27,664 nt of DNA, taken from Thermoplasmata archaeon. GTDB lineage: Archaea > Thermoplasmatota > Thermoplasmata > Lutacidiplasmatales > UBA184. Under the pieces are notes generated by a model. The model saw only the letters and a program-made list of their open reading frames with translations. It had not been told where the DNA came from and did no database searches. The stretch covers positions 1 through 27,664 of the forward strand of contig JAGWLG010000041.1 of the NCBI GenBank assembly GCA_028864975.1, read 5' to 3'. Of the stretch, positions 18,490 to 26,546 are shown in pieces. Both the position numbers and the translations under genes were made by a program. Numbering within the stretch: the stretch's first letter is position 1; each line of letters opens with the position of its first letter.

Positions 18490-18898
18490 CACCAATGTGT
18501 TCGTCGCCGCCCGACGGCCAGTCGAAAAGGCCCACGCGGCCTGCCGCACCATCCTAAAGGCGGTGGAGGAGGCCCGCTTGACGGCCATCGTCCCGACCGT
18601 GACCTTGAGCGAGGTCTACGTGGGGTACGTCCAGACCGGGACCCGGGAGGCGGGTGACAAGTTGATGGAGGAGATGCAATCCAGTCCCCAGTGGGTCGTG
18701 CAGGGGCTTGACCTTCCGCTGGCGAAGTCGGCGGCCGTTGTACGGTCGGAGACCGGCTTGCTCCTGCCCGATGCGATCGTCGCCGCCACGGGGATCGCCC
18801 ATGTCGGCGCGAGCATCGTCACGGCCGACACGGCTTTCGGCCGGGCGAAGCGGCTCGTGCCTGTGGTCCACCCGTCAAGCCTGGCCCGGACCCTCTGA
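18464..18898 (+). CDS. vapC: PIN-domain VapC-type toxin (RNase)
   Basis: VVLDTNVF, TLSEV, LPDAIVAATG, IVTADTAF supply the four acidic PIN positions. GTG follows AGGAGGT, overlapping the antitoxin. Confidence 0.9.
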   Translation: MSGPTVVLDTNVFVAARRPVEKAHAACRTILKAVEEARLTAIVPTVTLSEVYVGYVQTGTREAGDKLMEEMQSSPQWVVQGLDLPLAKSAAVVRSETGLLLPDAIVAATGIAHVGASIVTADTAFGRAKRLVPVVHPSSLARTL

Positions 18899-18994
18899 AT
18901 CCCTTCGAGAACGGCACCCGACGCGGGCCCGGGGCCCCGAGGGGGCATCGCTTCGGCAACGCTATCTCCTCGCCTCTCTCGGGTCGCGAGACCC

Positions 18995-19420
18995 ATGCCC
19001 GACATCACCTTCGATACGGCCCAGTTGGGCTACATGCGGGCCTTCGAGGACCTGACGCACGCCAAGGTGATGGACTGCCTGGAGGCCGAGGACAAGCTGG
19101 TCTACGTGGTCCACCCGGAGGACCTCAAGAAAGCGGTGGGCCCCCACGGGGAGATCGTCGAGCGGTTGAAGCAGCTCTTCCACCGGGAGATCCAGGTCGT
19201 CGTTTGGGACGAGGACACCGCGAAGTTCGTCCAGAACCTCTTCTTCCCCTTCTCTCCACAGAAGGTCGACTTTTCACCGAAGCCAAAGGGGCGTCATGCC
19301 ACCGTGACGGTCGACCCCAAGTTCAAGGCCCGGGCGATCGGAAAGCAGGGGAAGAACCTCAAGATCGCCCGCGCGGTGCTTCTGCGCCACTCCGACATCG
19401 TCTCCGTCAACGTGGCCTAG
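18995..19420 (+). CDS. nusA: Archaeal NusA-like transcription elongation factor (two KH domains)
   Basis: 141 aa; DCLEAEDKLVYVV..KAVGPHG, KARAIGKQGKNLKIAR. Last gene of the conserved rpoH-B-A'-A''-L30e-nusA order. Confidence 0.95.
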   Translation: MPDITFDTAQLGYMRAFEDLTHAKVMDCLEAEDKLVYVVHPEDLKKAVGPHGEIVERLKQLFHREIQVVVWDEDTAKFVQNLFFPFSPQKVDFSPKPKGRHATVTVDPKFKARAIGKQGKNLKIARAVLLRHSDIVSVNVA

Positions 19421-19459
19421 CCGGGGGACGCGTACGCCACGCCAGACCCCATGAGGAGC

Positions 19460-21817
19460 TTACGCGAAATCTCGGGAGCTCGAGGAGAGCATGTCCCTCG
19501 GTCCGCGCGCGGTACGGGACGGCGGGGTCTGAGACGGCGGAAGGTACGCCTCGCGGTAGGCGCTGTAGGGGTCCAGGACCGTGTTCGCAGCGACCCCACC
19601 GCTCAGCGCCGACCCCGAAGCAGGAAGGGCCTGGACCTTCCTCCGTCCGCGGTAGTACATCGCCAGCATCACAAGCACCACCGCCGCGATGACCACACCG
19701 ACGAGCGGGAGCACCCACGGAAGGTAGAGCCCGTGAGAGACGGGGGTCACGGGCGTTCCGTGGACGGAGATCGTGCTCGTCGCGCTGGAGGGCGGGGTCG
19801 TCCCGCCGCTCACGACCACCGCGACGTGGTAGGTCCCCGCCCGTAGGTAGGTGTGCTGCGCCTGCACCACCGTGCCAAAGTGGGAGCTGTAGACCGTCAT
19901 CGCGAGGGTGGTCCCGTCCCCGAAGCTCCAGGCGTAGTGGAACGTGCCCACGGCCGAGACCGACGCGCTCAGCGACACGGTCTGTCCCACGACGCTCGTG
20001 GCCGGGACCGTCAGGGCAGGCACTGGGGTACAGTTGCTGCATCCTCCTCCGGACACCGAGATGGTGATGAACGAGGTCGCGAGAGATCCCGCGGCGTCCG
20101 ACACGTCCACGCTCGCGAGGAACGTGCCCGCGCCCTGGTAGGTGTGGGTCGGGTCCTGGACCGCGGCCCCCTGGCCGTCGCCGAACTGCCAGAGGTAGGT
20201 GTAGGGCAGGCTCCCTCCGCTCGCACCCCCGTAGAAGGTCGTGGTCAGCGGTGACGCCCCGGAGGTCGCCGAGGCCGAAGCGAACGCCTGTAGGGATCCC
20301 GAGCAGTTCCCCTGGCAGGTGGTGCCGTTCACGTTCACCCAGACGCTGGCCGACCCGGCGTTGCCCTGCGCATCGATGACCTTGACCGTCGCCTGGTAGA
20401 CGCCGCTCGAGGAGTAGGTGTGCGAGGGGTCCGTGAGGGAGGACGTGGCCCCGTCCCCGAAGCTCCATCCGTAGCTGAACGGACCGACCCCTCCGTTCAC
20501 CACGCTCGTGAAGCTCACCACGAGCGGGGCTTGGCCGGACGAGGGGGACGCCGAGGCTTGGACCGAGAGGGGGGTGATGTTCGTCCCGACCGCGACCAGC
20601 ACTGACGCGTTCGCGGAGTTGCCGAGAGAGTCCAGTACGAACAGAACAGCGTGGTAGATTCCGTTCGACGTGTACACGTGATAGTTGGGAGCGCCGGTGG
20701 CGTTGGAACCGTCGCCGAAGTCCCAAGAATACTGGTAGGACCCCGCCCCGCCGGACGTGCTCCCGTAGAAGGTGACATTGAGCGGGGCCGGCCCGGAGGA
20801 AGGACTCGCGGAGGCATACGCCACGAGGGCCGAAGAGTTCGAACTGACGTTGATGACGGTAGACGACTGTACTGAGCCACCGGCACTGTCGGTGACATAC
20901 AAGGTCGCGACGTAGACCCCCACCTGCGAATAGATGTGCGTGAGGTTGGAACCGGTCGCGTTGCTTCCGTCCCCAAAGCTCCACGAGAAGGTGTAGGGCG
21001 AGGTGCCCCCCGAGGCTGAACCCAGGAAGGCGACCATGAGCGGCGGCGCACCTGCCGTCGGCTTCGCGTTGATGTACGCGGTGAGGTTCGTCGTGCCGTT
21101 GCCGCCTCCCGAGGTCTGGCCGACGAAGATGGACAGGGTGTTGGAGGCGACCGTTTGTCCGCTGGCGTCGCTGACCGTTACGTTCGCCAGATACGTCCCG
21201 CTCTTCTGATAGGTGTGCTGGGCGCTCGGCGTGGTCGCGCCGGGGAGACCGTCTCCGAACGACCAGCTGTAGGTGTAGGGCGAGAGGCCGCCCGAGGTCG
21301 TTGAGGCGAAGTTCACCGTGAGCGGAGCCGTACCCGAGCTCGGGTTTGCAGCTGCGCTGACGTAGAGCGCGGCCCCCACGGAGATGTTGGTGTGGGCGGA
21401 GACCATGGAGCCGGCGGAGTCCGTCACGAGAAGACTGACCATGAAAGTGGAGGAACCCCAGGTGTAAACGTGGTAGGTGGGGTTCTGGCTCGAAGCGTTC
21501 GAATCTCCGAAGTTCCAGGACCAGGTGTACGGGGGAGCCCCGCCGGAAGCGGAACCGGTGAAGCTCACGTTCAGCGGGGCCGCTCCCGAGGTAGGGGTAG
21601 CCGAGACCGAGGCCGAGAGGGTCGCAGGGACAACAGCAACGAGCGCGGCATGACCTCTCGGAGCCCCCACGGTCGTGACGTGCGCGACGGGTCCCACCAT
21701 GCTTCCGATGGCCAAAATCGCGGTGAAGAGCAGCAAGCCGGCAATCATGAGATACCGGACCCGCTTGTGGGAACGCGAGCATGGGGAGATCGCGTTCTCG
21801 TTCCTTGAGAGGTCCAT
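19460..21817 (-). CDS. Membrane-anchored surface protein with seven tandem PKD domains
   Basis: Seven WxFGD motifs in ~82-aa repeats (SG.APL.V.F...SGG..PY.Y.W.FGD...H.Y...G.Y...V.V.D), N-terminal hydrophobic segment, C-terminal TM helix (LPWVLPLVGVVIAAVVLVMLAMYY-RGRRK) plus a cytoplasmic tail, and many NxS/T sequons. Start is uncertain (ATG 21817 chosen). Confidence 0.9.
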   Translation of the reverse strand: MDLSRNENAISPCSRSHKRVRYLMIAGLLLFTAILAIGSMVGPVAHVTTVGAPRGHAALVAVVPATLSASVSATPTSGAAPLNVSFTGSASGGAPPYTWSWNFGDSNASSQNPTYHVYTWGSSTFMVSLLVTDSAGSMVSAHTNISVGAALYVSAAANPSSGTAPLTVNFASTTSGGLSPYTYSWSFGDGLPGATTPSAQHTYQKSGTYLANVTVSDASGQTVASNTLSIFVGQTSGGGNGTTNLTAYINAKPTAGAPPLMVAFLGSASGGTSPYTFSWSFGDGSNATGSNLTHIYSQVGVYVATLYVTDSAGGSVQSSTVINVSSNSSALVAYASASPSSGPAPLNVTFYGSTSGGAGSYQYSWDFGDGSNATGAPNYHVYTSNGIYHAVLFVLDSLGNSANASVLVAVGTNITPLSVQASASPSSGQAPLVVSFTSVVNGGVGPFSYGWSFGDGATSSLTDPSHTYSSSGVYQATVKVIDAQGNAGSASVWVNVNGTTCQGNCSGSLQAFASASATSGASPLTTTFYGGASGGSLPYTYLWQFGDGQGAAVQDPTHTYQGAGTFLASVDVSDAAGSLATSFITISVSGGGCSNCTPVPALTVPATSVVGQTVSLSASVSAVGTFHYAWSFGDGTTLAMTVYSSHFGTVVQAQHTYLRAGTYHVAVVVSGGTTPPSSATSTISVHGTPVTPVSHGLYLPWVLPLVGVVIAAVVLVMLAMYYRGRRKVQALPASGSALSGGVAANTVLDPYSAYREAYLPPSQTPPSRTARGPRDMLSSSSRDFA

Positions 21818-21942
21818 TCTCGGTCCACGGGTCGTCGGGTCGCTCGGCCTCGCCAGCATCACTTCGGCGAAGGGGCCGAGACTACATTCCCCGTCGCCCG
21901 TCCCCCGACCGCCATGGGGCGGGCGGCGTGACATACTGAGTC

Positions 21943-23001
21943 ATGGAGGCCCGAACGCCGACCGCTCCGCTCGCGTTGAGCGAAAGCGAGGCTCTCGTCA
22001 TGTCGAGGATGCTCGCCGCGGGGCTCGAGCCGGAGGAGGAGCGCATCCGTCTCACGGGTCTCGCGAGGTCGACCTTCCAGGAGGCCAAGCGGCGGATGTA
22101 CAGCCGAGGATGGCTCCGGGACCGGTATCTCCCCGCCCTCTCGTTGGTGGGGGTCCCGACGGTCTCGTTCCTTCTCACGCGCGCGTTCGCGGAGCGCGTC
22201 CAGGAGACCGTGAAACGCCTCCAGGAGGACCGAGAGACCGTCCACCTCTGGGTCGCCGAGGAGACGATCTTCGCGGTGGTCTTCCATCGCGCGGTCAACT
22301 CCGCGAAAGCCTTGGGGCGCGCCGTCGCCGAGGGGGCGTTGGGGAGCGACTCGTTCCTCCTGTCGGTCGACCCTTCCGCGCCCAGCGTCCCGGTCTACTT
22401 CGACTTCGAGGGGATCGTCGCGCAATGGACTGGCTCGGCGAGTCCCGCCCGGTACCCTCGACCGCTCCCTCATGTCGCGGCGAGCCGGACGATCTTCGCC
22501 CCCCTCACGGGGCTCGATCCGCTCCTCTCGCGCCCCTTCCTCGCGAGCACGCAAGGCCGAGCGGAGCATCTTCTCGGACCCGCGGGCCTCCCCCGGTCGC
22601 AGAAGCGCCTCCTTCTTTCGGGGAAGGTCGAGTGGAGGGTCATGCCGAGCCTGTCCCGGTTGCCCCCGTTCCACGGGGTGCAACTCTCTCACCTGGTACT
22701 GGCGAGAGGGAGGCTTCGGCCGGGAGTCCGCCTCCTGGACCTGTACAGGACCCTCGCCCAAGAGCTGCAGGCCCACCCCTTCCTCCTCGTGAGCGACACC
22801 GAGCACGTTCTCGTGGGGGGTGTGGCCGTCTCTCGGACCGAAGGCACGGCCGAGGAAGCGCCAGGCGAGCCCACGGCCACCCTTCCCGATGTCCTCGCCA
22901 CTCAGCTCGAGGGCATCGAGCTGACGCGGCTCCCCCTTCGAGCGCTCCGTTCCCCGCTGTTCCATCGGTACGACCGCCTCTCGGGGCCTCCGCCTAGGTA
23001 G
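21943..23001 (+). CDS. Hypothetical protein, probably a divergent, internally duplicated Lrp/AsnC-like (wHTH-RAM)x2 regulator
   Basis: 352-aa ORF between two surface-protein genes. The N-terminus TGLARSTFQEAKRRMYSRGWLRDRYLPALSLVG resembles the Lrp wHTH/linker, and a second copy QKRLLLSGKVEWRVMPSLSRL sits in the C-terminal half. The coding status is confident; the function is inferred. Confidence 0.6.
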   Translation: MEARTPTAPLALSESEALVMSRMLAAGLEPEEERIRLTGLARSTFQEAKRRMYSRGWLRDRYLPALSLVGVPTVSFLLTRAFAERVQETVKRLQEDRETVHLWVAEETIFAVVFHRAVNSAKALGRAVAEGALGSDSFLLSVDPSAPSVPVYFDFEGIVAQWTGSASPARYPRPLPHVAASRTIFAPLTGLDPLLSRPFLASTQGRAEHLLGPAGLPRSQKRLLLSGKVEWRVMPSLSRLPPFHGVQLSHLVLARGRLRPGVRLLDLYRTLAQELQAHPFLLVSDTEHVLVGGVAVSRTEGTAEEAPGEPTATLPDVLATQLEGIELTRLPLRALRSPLFHRYDRLSGPPPR

Positions 23002-23042
23002 AACTACCGGCAGCCTCCTACCTTCCGGGGAGGTCTCCCTCT

Positions 23043-26000
23043 TTGACGGCCCGACCATTTGCCAGCTCCACACGGTCGCCGTCGCGTTGGGCTGTCGCTC
23101 TCGTGGCCCTCTTGCTGCTTCTGGTTCTCTTCTCAGAGCTCGGACGGCCAACCTCCACGGCCCCGCGGCCCTCCGGGGCCGTAGGAGCCCCCCGGACAAA
23201 CGCCGCGCCGACAGCAGAGCGCGTAGACATGTCCTCAGGGGGACCAGGCGGGTCCGCTCCGCCCGTCCCCATCCTCGGTGGGAGAGAAGGAGGCGCTACG
23301 GAACCGATCTCGTCTCACATGACCCCCCAGGTTCCCCTCGCCTCCTCTCTCGGGGAGAGCACGCTCGTCCTCGCGAACAACTCCCAGCTGCCAGGGAACT
23401 TCCTGTCGACCAACGGAGCCACCCCCGTAGCGGCTGCGGTGGACCTCGCGGATGGGAAGGTCTTCGTGGCGGGCTACTGGTCCAACTCGATCGTCGAACT
23501 GTCGACGAGCACCTACCAGGTCGTGGGATACCTGCCGGGTTTCCTGAATCCCATGGGGCTAGTCTACGACAGCGCGGACGGCAATCTCTACGTGGCCTCG
23601 GGGTCGAGCCCGACGGACTACTCGATCTCTGCTGTCCAAGCGTCGACCGGTACGCTCCTCGCAAGCGCCCAGGTCCCGGGAAACTACGGTGTCCTGGCCG
23701 TGGATCCCGTCCACGGCACCGTCTTCGCGCTCACGTCCTACGTGTCGAGCTACGGAGTGTGGGCCTTCACGACGCCGACCCTGGCGCACGTCGCGACCGT
23801 TTCCCTCCCCGGGAGTCCCTGGCTGATCACCATGGGACCATCGGACCACTCGGTGCTCGTGGTCGAGGGTTCGACGGTGCTGACCGTGGTGAACTCGACG
23901 ACCTACGCTGTGACGTCCACCTACACCGTGCCGGGCTCCCCCGTGGACATGGCCATAGACCCCGTCGACGGCACCCTGGACATGATCGGTTGGAGCTCGA
24001 GCGGGGGGGAGAACTTCACCGCGCTCTCCGACACGACCTTCCAGGTGCTGACGTCCTTCTCGATCCCCGAGCTCGCTTGGCGGATGGCGGTCGACCCCAG
24101 CAGCGGCGATGTCTTCGTGGGAACGGTGGACGGCCCTGGGGTCGTCCCCAACCTGCGCGGGAACGTGAGCGTGTTCGCGCCGTTCTCGCATGCCCTCCGC
24201 GCGAACGTCCAGGTGGGGGTCAGCCCGTGGGGCCTGGCGTACAATCCCAGAGGGACCGTCCTGGTCTCGGACGAGCGGTCGGGTGACGTGACCTTCCTTA
24301 ACGCCACGACCTATGGTATCCTGGCCGCTGTTCCAGTGGGCATCGACCCCACGGCGATCGCCGTGGCGGGCAAGAGCGAGGTCTTCGTCGCCGAAGCTTC
24401 CACGAACGTGGTCGCCGTGATCAACCAGGCGTCGGGGAAGGTCTTCGCCACGATCCCAGTTGGTGGGTATCCACGGGCGGTCTGCTACGACGCGGGGACG
24501 GGCGAGGTCTACGTGGCCAACTCGGAGACGAACAACATCAGCGTCATCTCCGCGACCACGAACACGGTCGTGGCGACCATCTCGCTGTCCGGGACGCCCT
24601 TGGGCCTCGCGTACGACGCGACGGACTCCTTGGTCTGGGTCGCCCAGAGCTCGGTCGGGCTCGTGGGGGCGATCTCGGACCGCTCGCATCTCGTCGTGGG
24701 CGAGCTCTCTGTCGGCGTCGAGCCAATGGCGCTCCTCTACGACGCCGCCCACGGGAGCGTGGTTGTCGCGAGCCCCCTCACCGACCAGGTCGTCTTCCTG
24801 CGGGGACCGGGGCATGGAACCCTGACATCGATCCCGGTGCGTGGCCTCTCTCCTGACGCCCTGGCCTTGGACGCCTCCGATGGACGGCTATTCGTCGCCA
24901 ACCTCTACTCGGACAACGTGAGCGTTCTCGACTCGGGCACCGGGGCGTATCTCGGGGCGGTCGCCCTCCCCACCGGTGGGGAGCCCGGGTCCCTCGACGA
25001 CCTCGCGACCGGGGACGAGATCGCCGTGGGCGACATGACCAACAACCAGGTCGAGCTCTTCTCGGCCTCCTCCCTCAGCGCCTTGACCAGGTTCCCCGTC
25101 GGGTTGCATCCGGAGGCGGTGGCGGACAACGGGAGCACGGTCCTAGTCGCGAACTACGGATCCGGGTCGATCACGACGCTCACCCCTCCGTCCTCGGCGG
25201 TGCTGGACGTTTCGGTGGTCCCCGGAAGCTGGCTCTGCAACAGCTTCGTGATCGATGGGGCGACCGTCTGGAGCGGCTCTACGGTCCCTCTCACGGTCGG
25301 CAACCACTCGGCCTTCGCGACAGCCTATTGCGGAGGGAGCCGCGCTTTCCAGGGATGGAGCTCGAGCGGGGGTGTGAACGTGATCGGCTCTGGGAGTGTG
25401 GTGACGGTGCGGGTCCTCGCGAACGGGACGCTGACGGCGATCTACGCGCTCAGCGTAGCGGCCTTCCAAGTCCTCGTGACCGTCGAGCCCTCTTTCTGTG
25501 GTCCTGTCGACTGGGGGTCCCTCGTTGAGGTGAATGGGTCCACGTTCAACGAATGGCGAGGGAACTACTCGATCGGGGCGGGTAGTTGCCCGGGCTACAC
25601 GTTCTCCGATTGGAGCACCGTGGGAAGCCTTGTGATCGGTTCTCCTTTCCTGGCCTCGACCACGGCCATGCTCTCGGGGACGGGGATCAACGCCACCCTT
25701 TCGGCGTGGTTCGGTCTGACCTCCACGCCTCTCAGGCTCACCGCTTCGGCCAACCCGACCAGCGGAAGCGCTCCGCTGACCGTGTCCTTCCAGGGCTACG
25801 CCTCCGGTGGGGTGCCGCCCTACATCTACAACTGGTCCTTCGGCGACGGGACCAACAACTCCGCGCCTGACCCCGTTCACGTCTACAACTTCGCGGGGAC
25901 CTACGACGCGCGTCTCGAGGTCGTCGACTCGGCGTCCTCGTCGGTCTTGACGGCCCTCCTGATCTCCGTTTCGAACCCGGGCCCGCTCACCCTGTCCATC

Positions 26001-26456
26001 CACGCTCAGCCCGCGACCCTCCCCCTGGGGCAGGGCACGACGATCTATTCTTCGGTCTCTGGAGGCCAGGGCCCGTACTACTTCGACTGGACACAGCTGC
26101 CGCCCGGCTGTCAGAACAATTACGCCGCCTATCTTTCGTGCACTCCCTCGGCCGCGGGGACGTTCCCGATCACCCTGAGGGTGAACGACCAAACTGGGTC
26201 CCTCGTGTACGCGAACACCCAGATCGTGGTGACCTCACCGAATCCTACCCCCACCACTAGCCCGGGGGTCGTCTGGGTCCCTGCCGGCCTTGTGTCGATG
26301 GCGATTGCGGCGATCATCGTGTGGGTCGTACTGCTCTTGCGGCGCCCTTCCCGACCTTTCGAAGGCCGTCCGTCGTTCGCCTCCGAGGAGGTCGGGGCCC
26401 AAGGTCCGATGGGGCCTCCTCAGCCTACGGAAGCCGCGTGGAGAGGTTTCCCCTAG
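23043..26456 (+). CDS. Large membrane-anchored surface protein: signal peptide, 14 YVTN/YncE-like beta-propeller blades, two small disulfide-containing beta domains, PKD, Ig-like domain, TM helix
   Basis: TTG start 8 nt after GGAGGT; hydrophobic AVALVALLLLLVLF; repeats such as GGYPRAVCYDAGTGEVYVANSETNNISVI; a PKD motif YNWSFGDG; C-terminal TM VPAGLVSMAIAAIIVWVVLLL-RR. Confidence 0.9.
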   Translation: MTARPFASSTRSPSRWAVALVALLLLLVLFSELGRPTSTAPRPSGAVGAPRTNAAPTAERVDMSSGGPGGSAPPVPILGGREGGATEPISSHMTPQVPLASSLGESTLVLANNSQLPGNFLSTNGATPVAAAVDLADGKVFVAGYWSNSIVELSTSTYQVVGYLPGFLNPMGLVYDSADGNLYVASGSSPTDYSISAVQASTGTLLASAQVPGNYGVLAVDPVHGTVFALTSYVSSYGVWAFTTPTLAHVATVSLPGSPWLITMGPSDHSVLVVEGSTVLTVVNSTTYAVTSTYTVPGSPVDMAIDPVDGTLDMIGWSSSGGENFTALSDTTFQVLTSFSIPELAWRMAVDPSSGDVFVGTVDGPGVVPNLRGNVSVFAPFSHALRANVQVGVSPWGLAYNPRGTVLVSDERSGDVTFLNATTYGILAAVPVGIDPTAIAVAGKSEVFVAEASTNVVAVINQASGKVFATIPVGGYPRAVCYDAGTGEVYVANSETNNISVISATTNTVVATISLSGTPLGLAYDATDSLVWVAQSSVGLVGAISDRSHLVVGELSVGVEPMALLYDAAHGSVVVASPLTDQVVFLRGPGHGTLTSIPVRGLSPDALALDASDGRLFVANLYSDNVSVLDSGTGAYLGAVALPTGGEPGSLDDLATGDEIAVGDMTNNQVELFSASSLSALTRFPVGLHPEAVADNGSTVLVANYGSGSITTLTPPSSAVLDVSVVPGSWLCNSFVIDGATVWSGSTVPLTVGNHSAFATAYCGGSRAFQGWSSSGGVNVIGSGSVVTVRVLANGTLTAIYALSVAAFQVLVTVEPSFCGPVDWGSLVEVNGSTFNEWRGNYSIGAGSCPGYTFSDWSTVGSLVIGSPFLASTTAMLSGTGINATLSAWFGLTSTPLRLTASANPTSGSAPLTVSFQGYASGGVPPYIYNWSFGDGTNNSAPDPVHVYNFAGTYDARLEVVDSASSSVLTALLISVSNPGPLTLSIHAQPATLPLGQGTTIYSSVSGGQGPYYFDWTQLPPGCQNNYAAYLSCTPSAAGTFPITLRVNDQTGSLVYANTQIVVTSPNPTPTTSPGVVWVPAGLVSMAIAAIIVWVVLLLRRPSRPFEGRPSFASEEVGAQGPMGPPQPTEAAWRGFP

Positions 26457-26546
26457 CGGAAGTACGACACCGACACGACGAAGTCGTCGTTCCCTTGTCG
26501 TATCTTCTGCGAGGGCATTTGAAGGCCGAGGTCGAGAAGATGAGCG

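Noticed and set aside
18080-18945. Short shared words (CTTCGAGA, CGGGGCCC) on both sides of the TA module as possible insertion scars
   Set aside because: Only 8-mers in GC-rich DNA, not at clean boundaries and in different order; there is no transposase or integrase.
19700-21640. Periodic DNA similarity that might suggest a CRISPR or repeat array
   Set aside because: These are degenerate ~250-nt protein-coding PKD repeats, not identical short repeats with spacers. No CRISPR array or cas gene was seen in the window.
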